Below are positions 14,267-28,514 of a stretch of DNA of 64,000 nucleotides, one piece after another. This DNA comes from the human T2T-CHM13v2.0 reference genome, Homo sapiens, in NCBI RefSeq assembly GCF_009914755.1, contig NC_060947.1; one strand, written 5' to 3'. Under the pieces are notes generated by a model, which had not been told where the DNA came from, did not search any database, and saw nothing but the letters and a program-made list of their open reading frames with translations. A program made the position numbers and the translations under genes. Every line of letters starts with the position of its first letter. Position 1 is the first letter of the stretch.

Positions 14267-14545
14267 CCACCCAGGAGTCTTTAGATAGATTCCATGGGTT
14301 CTACAAATTGCAATGGGCAAAAGTAATTACATCTTTAGTTTCACTACCATGCACTGAAATTTAGTATTTGCTTCCATTACCCGTGTAGGTAGGACACTTA
14401 ACACTGTTATCACAGATATCCCAAAATACTGTTTACGCTTATTGTACTTTGAAATTGTGACTATTACGAACCTCTTAAGTAGATCCAGGTACTTAGCACA
14501 CAATAAAGATGCACATGTATTACTGTAGCCCAGTTTAAATATATC

Positions 14546-14692
14546 TTTTTATTTTTATTTTTTATTTTATTGATTGTAGAAACAGAGTCTCACTTTGTTG
14601 GCCAGGCTGGTCTTGAACTCCTGGCCTCAAGCAATCCTCTCACCTCAGCCTCCCCAAATGCTGGTGTTTACAGGCATGAGCCACTGCACCAA
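14546..14692 (-). mobile_element. Alu left monomer (FLAM-like)
   Basis: Single antisense arm; tttaaatat on both flanks. Confidence 0.85.
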
Positions 14693-15087
14693 CTTTAAAT
14701 ATTAATATTAATATACCTTGGTAACTATTTCAATAAAACCGATTTCCTTTTATGCGTTATTTACCTTATTGTATGACTTAAACATATCATTTTTACAAAA
14801 TGTATCAATTTTCCACCAAACCGCCAAAGGGATCTGTCACACACACTCACACATGTAGCGTGCACAGCTGAGAATCCTTGGCTAATTGCCAGTCTGTGGT
14901 CATCACCTGCGTATCTACCTATCATGACCTAGTGGGGACAGCAAAGGTTACAGCTTTCTGCTTGTGGATAAGGAGCATGTGCATGGAAGGATGAAATGCC
15001 ACCTCCTCAGCTATCTCATACGAGTCTTATCTGGCTGTTCTCTTCCCTTGGAAGACCTGCCCTGAGCATAAGTACTTGAGAATAAAT

Positions 15088-15400
15088 GGGTCAGGCAACA
15101 TGGCTCATGCCTATAATCCCAACACTTTCGGAGGCTGAGGCGGGAGGATCACTTGAGCCTAAGAGTTCAAGACCAGTCTGGGCAACATGGCAAAACCTTG
15201 TTTCTAAAAATAATTTAAAAATTAGCTGGACATGGTGTTGCATGCCTGTAGCCCTAGCTACTCAAGAGGCTGAGGTGGGAGGATGGCTTGAGCTCGAGAC
15301 GGGGAGGTTGGTGTGAGCCATGATCGCACCACTACACTTCAGCCCGGGTGACAGAGTGAAACTGTCTCAAAAAAAAAAAAAAAAAAAAAAGAAAGAATAA
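15088..15400 (+). mobile_element. AluJ
   Basis: Full dimer with poly-A tail, ggaggatcacttgagc. Confidence 0.9.
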
Positions 15401-16837
15401 AAGGCAAATATCTCCACCAGGAGGTCTTGCCTAGCTCTTGCCATACCCTCCCAAGTGAGACAGGTCTTCCTGTCTTCCTAGTCATCTCTCCCCGGTAACC
15501 TTTGGTGGAACCTGAGACCACCTCAGCTGAGCTTCCCTAGAGGCCACAGCTGTGCACACAAGTAATGAATAAAAAAACTCTAGCGCTTCTCTCATGTAGA
15601 AAATTAAACATCTATGCCACCTGCATAGGGCAGGGAGATCTTTCCCAAGACCAGGGAACCTCCAAGCTAGAGAGCAGTCCCAGCAACTGCACACATGGTC
15701 CTTCTCTGTCTGAACCAAAGCTACTTAAATATCAAGACTAAGACGTGAAACTAAAGGAAGGTCAAAGACAAACATGTCCTTCCATTCACAAACACATAGA
15801 AAACCACAGTCCAAGTAAGTTTTCATCTGAATTCCCACAAATTAATGGAGGAAGGGAACTTATCTGAGGAAATAAAGTTTCATTAATTGGCCACTGGATG
15901 TCATGCACCGGGAAGGAGTCTCTACTCTTTAAGGCCCATGGAGAAGAATTCCGGGAATGAACAGAATCAAAAGAGGCATTTCAAACCCTGCTTCTTCTCC
16001 ATCCCCATCTTATCCACTCCCCACATCCCAAGTCCAAGAAAAAATAGGATGAAAGGATCAACGTTATAGAAGCTCCAAAATTATTTCACAGCAAGTGGCA
16101 AAATCCTCCCCCTTCCTGAAACTCAAGAAGAGTAGGACTATCATTTGCCTCTCTTTTGAATTATAACCTGAACCATGGCCCTTTGAAATCTCAAACCTCC
16201 CCACTGTTTTTCTTAAATATGTCCGTGGGAAGATTTCCTTCTCCCTATCACTTCTTTCTGTATAGATAGGATTTTTAAAGGTGGATCTTTCTTTCACTAC
16301 AGTAATCAGATGTCACAGATTTTCTGCAATTAATGCTTTCCTTGGCTATTTCTAGACCTCCTATTAAGAGCTATTCTTTCACTCCGGCCTATTCTTCCTA
16401 ACCCAATTAAACCCTATTAAATCCTCTGCCATGACTGTTCTATTTCCCCCACGTTTAATTATCCCTTAACAAGCCTGTGTTTCTGCATGTTCTTTTCAAT
16501 TGGCCCACCCCAGACTGTGTAACTTAGAGGGTGTGACTGTCCACATCTATAACATCTTCAAGCTAAATTATCATCTGGCAAAAATTCCCTCCATGGAAAT
16601 CTATCAACAAAGCGAGTGCTATCTTAAGACTAAGTTCTGTCCGCAACTTCAAATACTAAAGCGTCATAGACTGATTCAGTCAAAAAGGTTTTTAAACAAA
16701 AAACGTAAAATAATTTGCATCTATTATGTTTATGCCCTTTGAATTAATTGGATAATTAGGAAAACATACTGAATTTGTGGGAGGACATATACTAATTCTC
16801 CAATAACTGGTTTCACTATGTATTAACACATACATAT

Positions 16838-17197
<360 letters not shown>

Positions 17198-18309
17198 TGA
17201 AGAGCTTTTAGTAATACACTAGAGAACATTAAAAAATCATTAGCTTTAAGGACATTCTAAGAGTAAAGTTATAAAGCCAAAACCCATAAAAGATAAAGGA
17301 AAATCGGAAGAGGCGGTATGAAGACTGTCCTCTCTCAGAGGGTCCCTTCTTGTGGAAATAGGCTGCTATTCCAGGTCAGAGGGAGGGTCCCCCAAGGCAA
17401 GACAGATCAAAGGTATCCCCAAGACAGAAGGGAGCCAGTAAGTCCTACTGAAATCAATAATTTGAGCAACAGACCAAAGGATAAGATCATGTCACCTCCC
17501 AGCTGTAAATATCAGCACTGCATGGATTTGAGTTATCATCCAGGATAAAAATGACTTCTCAAAAGCCAATGCTTTTAAGCCACTGGGTTCTTATTTAACA
17601 ACACAAAGAACTACACCCTGAGGATGATCAACAAATAATCTGACATTTACCAGGCAGAAGGTACATTGAAGAAATGTAGAACACACTAGCTGCAAAAGAT
17701 AGAGAAAGCATTCACTTCCTAGGTGCCAATACTCTTTAGTAGGAACTCAATCCCCTTCACTTTGAAGCTTGGCAAAGGCCAAATTATAATGAAAGAAAAT
17801 TTGGCCTCTGCACAAGCATCCTTGACCACGGAACGAATTTCTAGAGCTGGTAATTATGTCCTTGGCCCTCGAGTTAAAGGGCATCACAGAATTAGACCAG
17901 TGGAATGCACAGAGCTCCTCCAAGAAGCCACTTAGGACGACTGCCTGGGAAATGCAAACTGAGGAAATTATATTTAATTCAACCTCATGTGTGGTCGGAG
18001 AAACAGGAGGAATTGGAACAATTAAGCCAGCATGGCGCCATGAGCCATGCACAATTGGCTTCCCGTAGGATAGACAAAGCATTCCACACACGAGAACATT
18101 CTGTGACTTCAGTTAAGAAAGGGAAAAAAAAATGGGAAGCTTGGGAGAAGCATTAGGTCATTTTCAAGCAATTAAAGCCTTTCCATAAAGAACATATCAG
18201 ATAACAAAGAAATGACTGAGTGATGAAGTTGGCTCAATCTAAATCATCATGTTAGTAGTAGTTTATTACTGAAACCACTGTATCTTGGTGAAGAGAACAC
18301 TGGACAAGA

Positions 18310-18557
18310 TTTTTTTTTTTTTTGAAACAGGGTCTCACTCTGTTGCCCAGGCTTGAGTGCAGCGGTATAATCTCAGCTCACTGCAGCCTTGACCTCCAGG
18401 GCTCAAGCGAACCTCCCACCTCAGTCTCCTGAATAGCTGGGAACACAGGCACGCTATGTTGCCCAGGCTGGTCTGGAACTCTTGGGCTCAAGCAATCCTC
18501 CCACCTCAGCCCAGCACAAAGTGCTGGGATTGCAGGCATGAGCCACTGCACCCAGCT
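18310..18557 (-). mobile_element. AluJ with deleted central linker
   Basis: Right arm joins left arm directly (acaggcac|gctatgttgcccagg). Confidence 0.85.
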
Positions 18558-18599
18558 AGAGATTTTTAAATTCAAGTAAGAATCTGAGCTACCTAGATC

Positions 18600-18777
18600 C
18601 ATGCTTCCTAAACTCTGCTGCATCTTAGAATCCCTAAGGAGAATTGAAAAATTTCACTGCCCAGTCTGCATTGCAGACCGAGCAAGTCAGAATCTCTGGA
18701 GGACCACAGCACAGGCATTAATACCTATTACATTCTCCAGGTGATTCCAATGGGCAGGTACATTTGAGAAATCATGC
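18600..18777. mobile_element. MER5-family hAT MITE
   Basis: tcagaatctctgga...ctccaggtgattccaatg...tttgagaa. Confidence 0.7.
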
Positions 18778-19086
18778 TTTTAACTGTCATATTCACATTC
18801 ACATACCATTCAATCTTGGCCTTATCATTTTTCTTTTGAAAAAATTTTGTTTCAATAAAGAAAGGCATGCATGAAGTTTTAAAGGTCAAACTACTACAAG
18901 TGTTATTTGCACAACAAACAGCACTTTCTTGCCCAACATACAACATCCCATGACCACACTTGCTTTAGAAAGCAAATGCTTTCAGATTTCTTAGCTTCTC
19001 CTCTCCAAATATATGCTCTATGATATTTCTAAGTAATAGTTTATGCTATTTTTTCTTGATATATTATTTTTAGATATTACCTATAA

Positions 19087-19422
<336 letters not shown>

Positions 19423-20067
19423 TTCTCTCTTTAACTTTATTGTAACTGTGCAATTAATAATCACTCCTGAATGAAGCATTCTACTCTAATTAAATCTCCT
19501 TCATTGAATTGCCTCCTGTTTTATCTGGAGACAACAACAACTTCACATTTTCATTTCATGCTTTTCTGTGTGTCTATTGTTCAATTTTTCTGAATGTTCC
19601 AAGGGAACTAAAGCCCATCTCAAGTACTATTTCTACATGGTCAAATGGCTCATTTCCTTTTCTTTTATGTACTTTCTCCTTGAAGTCTCACTCTAGGATT
19701 CCAGCTGTCCCAGCCTGCTCTGGGCATTAATCTGAGACCTGCATTCTTTCAGCTCTCTTCTGTGAAGGCCACTGTTCCTTGGATTCCCCATCTTTCTATT
19801 TGTCATTTATTCCGCTGTTTGAAGGAAGACATAATCACACAGCTTTCCAAGAAAGGGTGCACAAAAGGTAAATTTTCGGAAATGCTACATCAGTGTAAAT
19901 GCCTTGACCCTGCCTGCCCATGGACAGTTTGCTCCAAGAGTTCTACGTAGTAAATTGTTTTTTCTTAGAATTGTGAAAGTTTCTATCTTTTAACGTTCAG
20001 TGAAGACATGAAGCATTCTATGACATTACAAATTCTTGATTCTTAATAAGTTTTTTTTCTTTGCCTC

Positions 20068-20473
20068 TGATATGATTTGGATCTGTGTCCCTGCCCAAAT
20101 CTCATATTGAATTGTAATCCCCAGTGTTGGAGATGGGGCCTGGTGGGAGGTGATGGCATCATGGGGAGCAGAGTTCTCTTGAATGGTACTGTACACACCC
20201 CTTGGTACTGTATAGTGAGTGAGTTCTCAGGAGACCTGGTGGTTTGAAAGGCTGTAGCACGTCCTCTCTCTCTCTTCCTCGTGCTCCAGCCATGTAAGAT
20301 GTGCCTGCTTTCCCTTCACCTTCTGTCATGATTGACACGTTCCTGAGGCCTCCCCAGGAGCCGCCATGCTTCCTGTACGGCCTGCAGAACCATGAGCCAA
20401 TTAAACCTCTTTTCTTTGTAAATTACCCAGTCTCGGGTATTTCTTTATATCAATGCAAGAACGGCCTAATACA
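20068..20473 (+). mobile_element. MSTA-like MaLR solo LTR
   Basis: tgatatgatttggatctgtgtcc...aacggcctaataca; 5-bp TSD gcctc at 20063-20067 and 20474-20478. Confidence 0.92.
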
Positions 20474-22043
20474 GCCTCCAAGCTCTTAGGATCTTCCCTA
20501 TATATTTGTTCTTCTGAAATCTCGCAATGTGCTTTTGTAGTTTGGAGTTTCAATTCATTCACTATGGTGAGCCCTGAGTGTTGTTTCATAAGCCTGGAAG
20601 TGTAGATCCCTCAATGCTGGGATTATTTTAAAAATTATTCATAAGTCACTTTTGCTTATTTGTATTCTGTTGTCCTTCCTGAAAATACTCTTCGAATGTC
20701 AGATTCCTAGAGTCTCCATATTCGTTCCTTTCCATTTTGCTATCTCTCTCTCATTAAAGTTTTGTCCATTGGAGATATCCTCATAATCGTTCTCCAATCT
20801 GATTATTTAATTTGCCTAATATGTCACATTTTAATAGAATTCCCATGTTTTTTATGAGTCACTATTTCATCATATCTCCTACAAGTTACAGATTAGAAAT
20901 TTTGTCTCTTGTTTTCTTGGTTGGTGTTGTCTGTGCTACCTCCAGATGATTCTTTTTTCAATTTTTAAAAAGAATTTCTTATTGAAAGCTTCTCAAAAAT
21001 ATCTAGGATGTAAGACTGTCTTTTCTCACTTAAGAATCAGGTCTGTGTGGATAGCCAGGGGTCCTTCCTCAGCAGGTGAACATATTGTACAGTAAATAAG
21101 TAATAGGCCCAAATGGCCTCCAAATGCCAGTTATGGAATACTTTTCTCTGCCAGTTCAGTTTACCAAGAAAGGGATCCTCCAGGATGGACTTGAAGGAGT
21201 CCAGTGACTTTCAACTTGGAAGGAAGAACAAGAAAGCTGATGGCTGTGAGTATGCAGAGTGTAGACAATTCCCTTACAGACACAGAGCGTGGGCCCTCAC
21301 CCCTACTCCACTCTCTGATGTCTGTGGGTCCTTATGTCCTAACTTTCTCAGGACAGATACGGAGTCTGGGCTCTCGCCCCCACTCCACTCTCTGACATCT
21401 CTGGGTCCTTCTATTCTGAGTTAACTTCCTCCAAAATAAATTTCATCTGCTCCCTGTGGAGAGGAGGGAAGGACCGTACTTTAGCCACACAGCGTAGAAA
21501 CCTGTATTCTAGGCTCAACTGACCTAAGAGTTTTGCATGAAGTTAAAAAAATTTGTGTTGTTGGGGCTCAGAGAATGATACCACAAAATGAAGGCTTCAG
21601 CAGCCTCAGAGGCAAAAGGTTTTTCTCTGACCCTCCCCTGACCTGTTGTCTCTCAATTCCATTCTCCCCGAAGGCTGGCCATAGGAACTGGAATCCCTCC
21701 TCCCTAAAGCAGGTCATACAAACCAGACCCCTTCCCCACAAAGCACCCATGAAACCAAAAAAAGATGACCTCAACTTTCCCCTGCCTTTCTGTAAACACT
21801 GGCCATAAATAAATCCTCTGACCTGCCTTTTTGACTGTAGGTCCTAAGACCCCCCATTCCACAGAGGGTCCTACCTCACACCCAGAAGGAATGCTGCTCA
21901 GAGAGGCCAAGAAGAATCTAGGCAGACAGACCTGGCTGGGTTTCCCCACTCAGTCCATTAGCTTTAGATCAGGCCCTTTTTGTCCAACCCTATTTCTACT
22001 GGGTTGTCCACAGTTAGTTGAACCTTAGCATAAAAACTGAGTT

Positions 22044-23255
22044 TCCAAATAACCCCATTAAAAACTGTGCCAAGGGCTGGTAGTGGTCGCTCACGCCTGT
22101 AATCCTAGCACTTCAGGAGGCCGAGGCAGCAGATCACTTGAGGTCAGGAGCTCAAAACTAGCCTGGCCAACATGGTGAAACCCTGTCTCTACTAAAAAAA
22201 TACAAAATAATTAGCCAGGCATGGTGGTGGGCACCTGTAATCCCACCTACTTAGGAGGCTGAGGCAGGATTTTTTGAACCCAGGAGGTAGAGGTTGCAGT
22301 GAGCCGAGATGGTGCTACTGCACTCCAGCCTGGGCAACAGAGCTAGACTCTGTCTCAAACAAAACAAAACAAAACAAAACAAAAAACAAAAAAAAACTGT
22401 GCCTAGAACATGAACACACACTTCTCAAAAGAGGGCATATAAGCAATCAATAAACATCTGAAAAATGCTCCACATCATTGATCATTAGGGAAATGTAAAT
22501 CAAAACCACAATGAGAAACCATCTCACACCAGTCAGAAAGGCCATCATTAAATAGTCAAAAAAAAAAATATATAACAGATGCCAGTGAGTTTGCAGAGAA
22601 AAAGGGAACACTTATACATTCTTGCTGAGATTGTAAATTAGTTCAGCCACTGTGGAAAGTAGTTTGGAGATTTCTCAAAGGACTTAAATGAAACAAAACT
22701 ACCATTTGACCCAGCAATCCCGTTACTGGGTATATACTCAAAGGAAAATAAATCGTTCTACAAAAAAGACGCATGCATTTGTATGTTCACTGTAGTACTA
22801 TTCACAATAGCAAAGACAGACATGGAATCAACCTAGATGCCAATCAGTGGTGGGTGGAATAAATAAAGAAAATGTGGTCTCCACATATGCACTGTGGAAT
22901 ACTATGCAACCATGAAAAAGAACAAAATCAGGTCCCTTGCAGAAACATGGATACTGCTGGAGGCCATTATCCTAAGTGAGTCAACATAAAAACAGAAAAC
23001 CAAATACTGCATGTTCTCACTTATAAGTGGGAGCTTGAGAAAACACGGAAATAAAGACGGGAGCAATAGGCACAGGGGACTACTAGAATGGGAAGTGAGT
23101 AGGGTGAGGACTGAAAAACTAGCTGGTGGTCACTATGCTTACCACCATTGATTGGGATCAATTGTACCCTATACCTCAGCATCACGCAATATTCCCATCT
23201 AGCAAACCTACACATGTACCCCCTGAATCTAAAATAAGTTGAAATAAAAAAAAAA
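22044..23255 (+). mobile_element. L1PA15-17-like 3' end, interrupted by AluS
   Basis: aaataaccccattaaaaa...caaacctacacatgtaccccctgaatctaaaataa plus A tail. Confidence 0.9.
22075..22395 (+). mobile_element. AluSx-like
   Basis: Full dimer, (CAAAA)n tail, TSD aaaaactgtgcc. Confidence 0.92.
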
Positions 23256-23974
23256 TTGGACAGTCTCCCCTGTATCTTTGTGTCCTCATTCTGAAGGCTC
23301 CTGTGTTACACAAATCTACAACTTAATAAATATGTATTGCTTTCTATTAATCTGCCTTTTGTGACATGATTTTCCGTGACCCTCCAGAGGGTGAAGAGGA
23401 AGGTTTCCATTGGCTAATACAACATTCAATCCAACCTGGATATAGAGAAACACCATGTTCTCCATCTATCTTTGAAATAATTTGCTATGATTTTTCCTCT
23501 GAGAAAAACAGCACAGCAGCAATACAATCACTCAAATTCTAACTTGAATTTTAAAAAATAATATGATTAGGAGAAAGGATGAGTATAGTATAAAATTATC
23601 TCTGTATTTCTGCCTCAGCGTAGAGAAAATGTTCTCTATGAAATATAATCATTTTATTAAACACTACCCAACACCATCTAGTATTTAACCAGTTCCAATA
23701 TTTCTCAAGTACTATTACATTCTTTTCTCCCACATATCGTCATAAAGCATTTGTTTTTGTTTTTCCTTTTTATCTGGCAAAGATGCTACTTATACCAGTG
23801 ATTAACACAATTTCTAAGTAAGAAATAGAACTAGAAGTGAAAACTTACATAGAAAAGTAAGATGGAACCAGAAGTGAGGGCTAGGATATGGGATACATTT
23901 GACAACCTACAGTTGTTTTTCAACCCCTTCAAGTTATATCATTATCTATTACAGAAAAAAAAAAAAAAAAAACA

Positions 23975-24556
23975 AGATAAAACCACACCTGAGCAGACAG
24001 TTTTCCAAGGGTGTCTCCAAGGATCATTTAATTTTCAAAGAGAACTCTTTACAAGTTAATCTCTGTTCTAATAATCTCCTCAACAGAATTCCTCACCTCC
24101 CCCTCCCATCACCTGTTTTACTGGGATCCAAGCCCCCACTCTTTCTGTAACCTCAGGATGGTGTATAAGCTTCTGGACCTCATTTGGAGGGTAGATCTTC
24201 ATTCCAAAGGCTCCTGTGTATCTGCATTAAATACACTTGTAATGTCATTTCTCCTGTTAATCAGTCTGCCTAGTCAGTGATTTTTCATTAAAATTTTAGG
24301 GAGTAAAGAGCCTTGGCCCCTACAGTTATGACACAGCGAGCGGGGTCAACAAAGACGCTCTGCTCTTTTGGAAGCCACAGTGCAGAGAACCCAGGAACCC
24401 ACACTGCTGGCCAAAGGGTAAGAATTTCTCACCAGCCAGCCAGGCTCCTGGTCTCTCTCTCCCTCTGTGCAATCCAGTTGAGTGGACAGTAAAAATCACT
24501 TTGTCTCCATGATTTTTCATTGAACCTTCAGGGGGCCAAGGCCCTTGACCACAACA
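23975..24556 (+). mobile_element. MER34-group ERV1 remnant: partial 5' LTR, leader, tip of 3' LTR
   Basis: LTR end ccttggcccctaca (24324), ~185-nt leader with AGG|gtaaga donor (24418), then second LTR end tgatttttcattgaaccttcagggggccaaggcccttgaccacaaca. Confidence 0.7.
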
Positions 24557-24684
24557 CTGCCTAGCTTCCCTGTGTACACTCCTAATTTTAACTGGCTCTA
24601 CCATTTAGCAGCCCAACAACCCTGAGTAAGTGATTTAACTCTCACTGTTTGTCTTTCTTGTCTGTAAAATGAAGATAACAACTG

Positions 24685-25182
24685 TGTGGTCTGCAGAATA
24701 ACGGACCCCCCGGGATGACCATGTGTTAATACAAGAACTTGTGACTTTGTGTGACCTTACATGGAAAAGAGATTCAAATGAAAGAGGCAGGTAGAATTAA
24801 GGTTCCCAGTCAGCAGACCTCGAAATGGGGAGATGATTCCAGGTTATCCAGTGGGTCCACATAATCACAAGGATCCTTATAAGTAGAAAAGGGAAAAAGA
24901 AAAGAGGAAGAACCAGAAAGATGACAGAATGAGAAGGACTCAATCTACTGGCATTGAAGGTGCAGAAAGGAACTTATGAGCCAAGGAGAGTAAGAAGTCT
25001 CTAGAATCTGGAAAAGGCAGGGAAATCTGTCCTCTCCTAGAGCCTCCAAAAAGAACGGTGTCCTGATGATACCTTGATTTTAGCCTCCTAAGGCTCATTT
25101 TGGACTTCTGACCTCTAGAGCTGTAAGCAGCCACTAAGTCTGTAGTAACTTGTTACTGCAGCACAGATAGGAAACTAATACT
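24685..25182 (+). mobile_element. MLT1D-like LTR inserted in a MIR
   Basis: tgtgg...cagaataacgg...ctggaaaaggcagggaaa...ataggaaactaata; MIR text (tctgtaaaatgaagataa / aagcacttggaacag) on both sides. Confidence 0.85.
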
Positions 25183-25428
25183 AATGGTAACTATCAGGTA
25201 GAGTGGTTGAGACCAATGAGTTAATATAAAAAGCACTTGGAACAGGTCCTAGCACAGAAGAAACGCTACATAACTGTCAGCCTATATTATAACTAATAAC
25301 CAAAGACATAACTCTGAATTAAGGAAGCAAATTAGCAGGTAGAGTGACAAAGTAAAAGGGAAAATATTAGACTGTGCATAATGACATTTGAGAGCATACA
25401 ACTCCCCTTACAGTTTTCATTTAAATAA

Positions 25429-25764
<336 letters not shown>

Positions 25765-26072
25765 CCATCATTGTTTTGATTACAAAAGCATTATAGTATA
25801 TCTTGACACGTGCATTTATTTCCTCTATCAAGATGGTCAAGATTTATTTATAATTGTACTCATTTGTCAAATAACAACACGCTACTCACACAAAATAATC
25901 ATGTCCTTTGAATGTGAAAGGTTTAATATTGATGATGAAAGCTCTACAAAGTTTTGAAAATACCAGGAGACATTAATAGAGTTCAAAACTCAACATTAAA
26001 AAATGGAAATAGGACTGAGACTGAAAAAATCTAGATGGCTTCATGGAGTTGGGCAAGGCTCATCTCTCTCCC

Positions 26073-26428
26073 TGCTATGATCTGAATGTTTGTGCCCCTC
26101 CAAATTCCTATGTTGAAATTGTGACCCCCAAGATGATGGTATCAGGAGGTGAGGTCCTTGGGAGGTGATGAGGTCATGAGGTTGGAGCCTCATGAATGGG
26201 ATTAGTGCCCTCATAAAAGGGAACTCAGCTCCCTCACCCCTTCTACCACATGAGGATACAGGGAGAAGGCACCATCTACAAACCAGGATGTGGGTGCTCA
26301 CCAGACACTGAATCTGCCATACCTTGATCTTGGACTCCCAGCCTCCAGAATTGAGCAATAAATGTCTGTTGTTTATAAGCTACACAGTCTATGGTATTTC
26401 CTTATAGTAGCCCAAATGGACTAAAACA
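26073..26428 (+). mobile_element. MLT1A0-like LTR
   Basis: tgctatgatctgaatgtttgtg...cccaaatggactaaaaca. Confidence 0.88.
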
Positions 26429-27120
26429 TTCCCTATGTGCTCTCTAATATTACTATGGCTTCCAGACCACCTAATATAAAATGCAGATATCCATCTTTTA
26501 GTTAGACAAAGGTTGAAAGCTTGTGACTCCAAAAATGATGGGTAGCATCATAACAAAGGCAGTTAGTAGATATTGATTATATAAAGTAATTTAGGATAAT
26601 TAAATGCCATCGTGTTCACCCACCGAGCTCTGATACCTGACTCAATGTTTGCTTTGAGTGGAAGTGGGTCCCCTATGTACATTAATACATTGACTTTTCA
26701 AACTCTAAACTCCTTGTGGGAAGATGCCATGTGTTATGATACTTTTGTAATCAGTGGACAAGGCAACCCCTGGGAAGCAAACCACAGTGATTTTCCAACA
26801 ACTACTTCACTTCTTCACACTGTTTCTACCACTGGAAAGTGGGACAGATTGAATCTGCCTAAACTGCTAGCAGAATGAAATACGACCATGAATATAAAAA
26901 GAAGTTTCCAAATTCTAAAGAAACAAATGCCTGTAAGACTATTCTAGTGAACAATGAATATTTCACTTATTTTCAAAAAAAGTATTGTAGTGCAGTGACA
27001 GCCACCATCATAGCCATCGTGCAAATCCTTCAACATCATGATGTGCACAGTTGAACAAAGCATGAGAAATATAGTTCTTTCACGGACTTATGCTAAAAGT
27101 AAAATATAGAAATACTACGT

Positions 27121-27428
27121 GGCTGGGCGTGGCGGCTTATGCCTGTAATCCAAGGAGCACAAGACAGGAGGATCACTAGAGTCCAGGAGTTCGAGACCAG
27201 CCTGAACAACATAGGAAAACCGTGTCTCTAAAAAAACAAATTTTAAATCAGCTGGGTGTGGTGGTGCATGCCTGTGGTCCCAGGAGAGGCTGAGGTGTGA
27301 GATGGGAAGATTACTTGAGCCCAGGAACTCAAAGCTGCAGTGAGCTATGATTGTACTACTACACTCCAGCCTGAGCGACAAAGCAAGACCCTGAAAAAAA
27401 GGAAGGAAGGAAGGAAGGAAGGAAGGAA
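27121..27428 (+). mobile_element. AluJ with (GGAA)n tail
   Basis: Dimer followed by ggaa repeats at 27401-27428. Confidence 0.88.
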
Positions 27429-28514
27429 TTCTAAGCATCTATTGACCTTTTTTGGTAGGGGAGTATGTGTGTATGCATACATTGAGATAATTTACAAAGC
27501 TACAACATCAAACACAAGCTTTTGAAGGACTAAGCTAAGAGAGCTCCTATCCACTAATAACTGAAAAACACCCATCGACTCATTTTGAAACACCATCATG
27601 AGGAAAAAGAGGCATATTTTGTTCACAAAAGTTAGAAAATATTCATATAGCCAAGAGGAAAGGACAAGGCTTTGGGTCATATTGTCTTAGCATCAAGATC
27701 ACTCCAGTTGCATAGGGCTAGAGTTTTCTACAATATCAACCTGCTCCGATGAGTGTTAGGGCTGTGAGTAAGTCATTTTTTAAAATGATAGTAGGTTAAA
27801 ATTTAGAATAGTGCTACTTATATAATTTTGATGGAATTCCTAAGAGGCAGGAAACCTAAATGTCAGAATTTCATGGTGTGCCTTGGTCTGAGAATTGGAT
27901 GAGTGTGTGCTGACTGTGATGTCCCAGTTTGATCCATATGGTGTTCACACCATATTATATGGCTGTCATTGCTTTCAGTTTTCTCAGTAGCGACCATTTG
28001 CCACCTGCAGCCCAATCTCTCAGGTCCAGCAGCTGGAAAGAGACAGACTGGTCTTCTCTCAAAGGCAATTCCAAAGTTACAAGGACACCACCAAAGCTAG
28101 GATGCAACCCACTTGCAAAAAGAAGACAGAGAAGCAGGCGGCCTATTCAAGACTCATGTGGCTATGATGGGGGATGCCATAGCTTCTGTTTTCTCATAAG
28201 CACGTTCCTTACTCCTTCGTATCTTCTAATGATGCTGAAGACAAGGATGGTTAGCAAGCAGTGGATGCTAAAGTTATCTTTTCAGGGCACCTAATAAACA
28301 AGCAATAAACTAGTATCAAGGCAGTAAGATCTCTTCTAGTTTTTAGTACATTTACCATAGAAAATTAAATAGATGCCCTTAATAAATTGGTTCAATTGGA
28401 AAGGCTTTAAAACAAGTAACAAGCAAGTAAAAGCTCTAAGTGAATTTCCATGCGAGAGAACACCAACCTAAATCTTTCCTATGAAACTATACCAAAATAC
28501 AAATTAAGATGAAA

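Larger units (their letters stand above)
14067..14880 (+). mobile_element. Charlie4-like hAT DNA transposon fossil, interrupted by L1MA and Alu monomer
   Basis: aattacatctttagtttcacta...ctgaaatttagtattt...gccaaagggatc resembles remembered Charlie4a consensus. Confidence 0.7.
21559..23421 (+). mobile_element. MER39-like ERV1 LTR split by an L1 insertion
   Basis: Starts tgttggggctcaga...gcagcctcagaggcaaaag; resumes at ~23255 (ggacagtctcccctgtatctttg...ttctgaaggctcctgtgt...aataaa). Confidence 0.8.
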
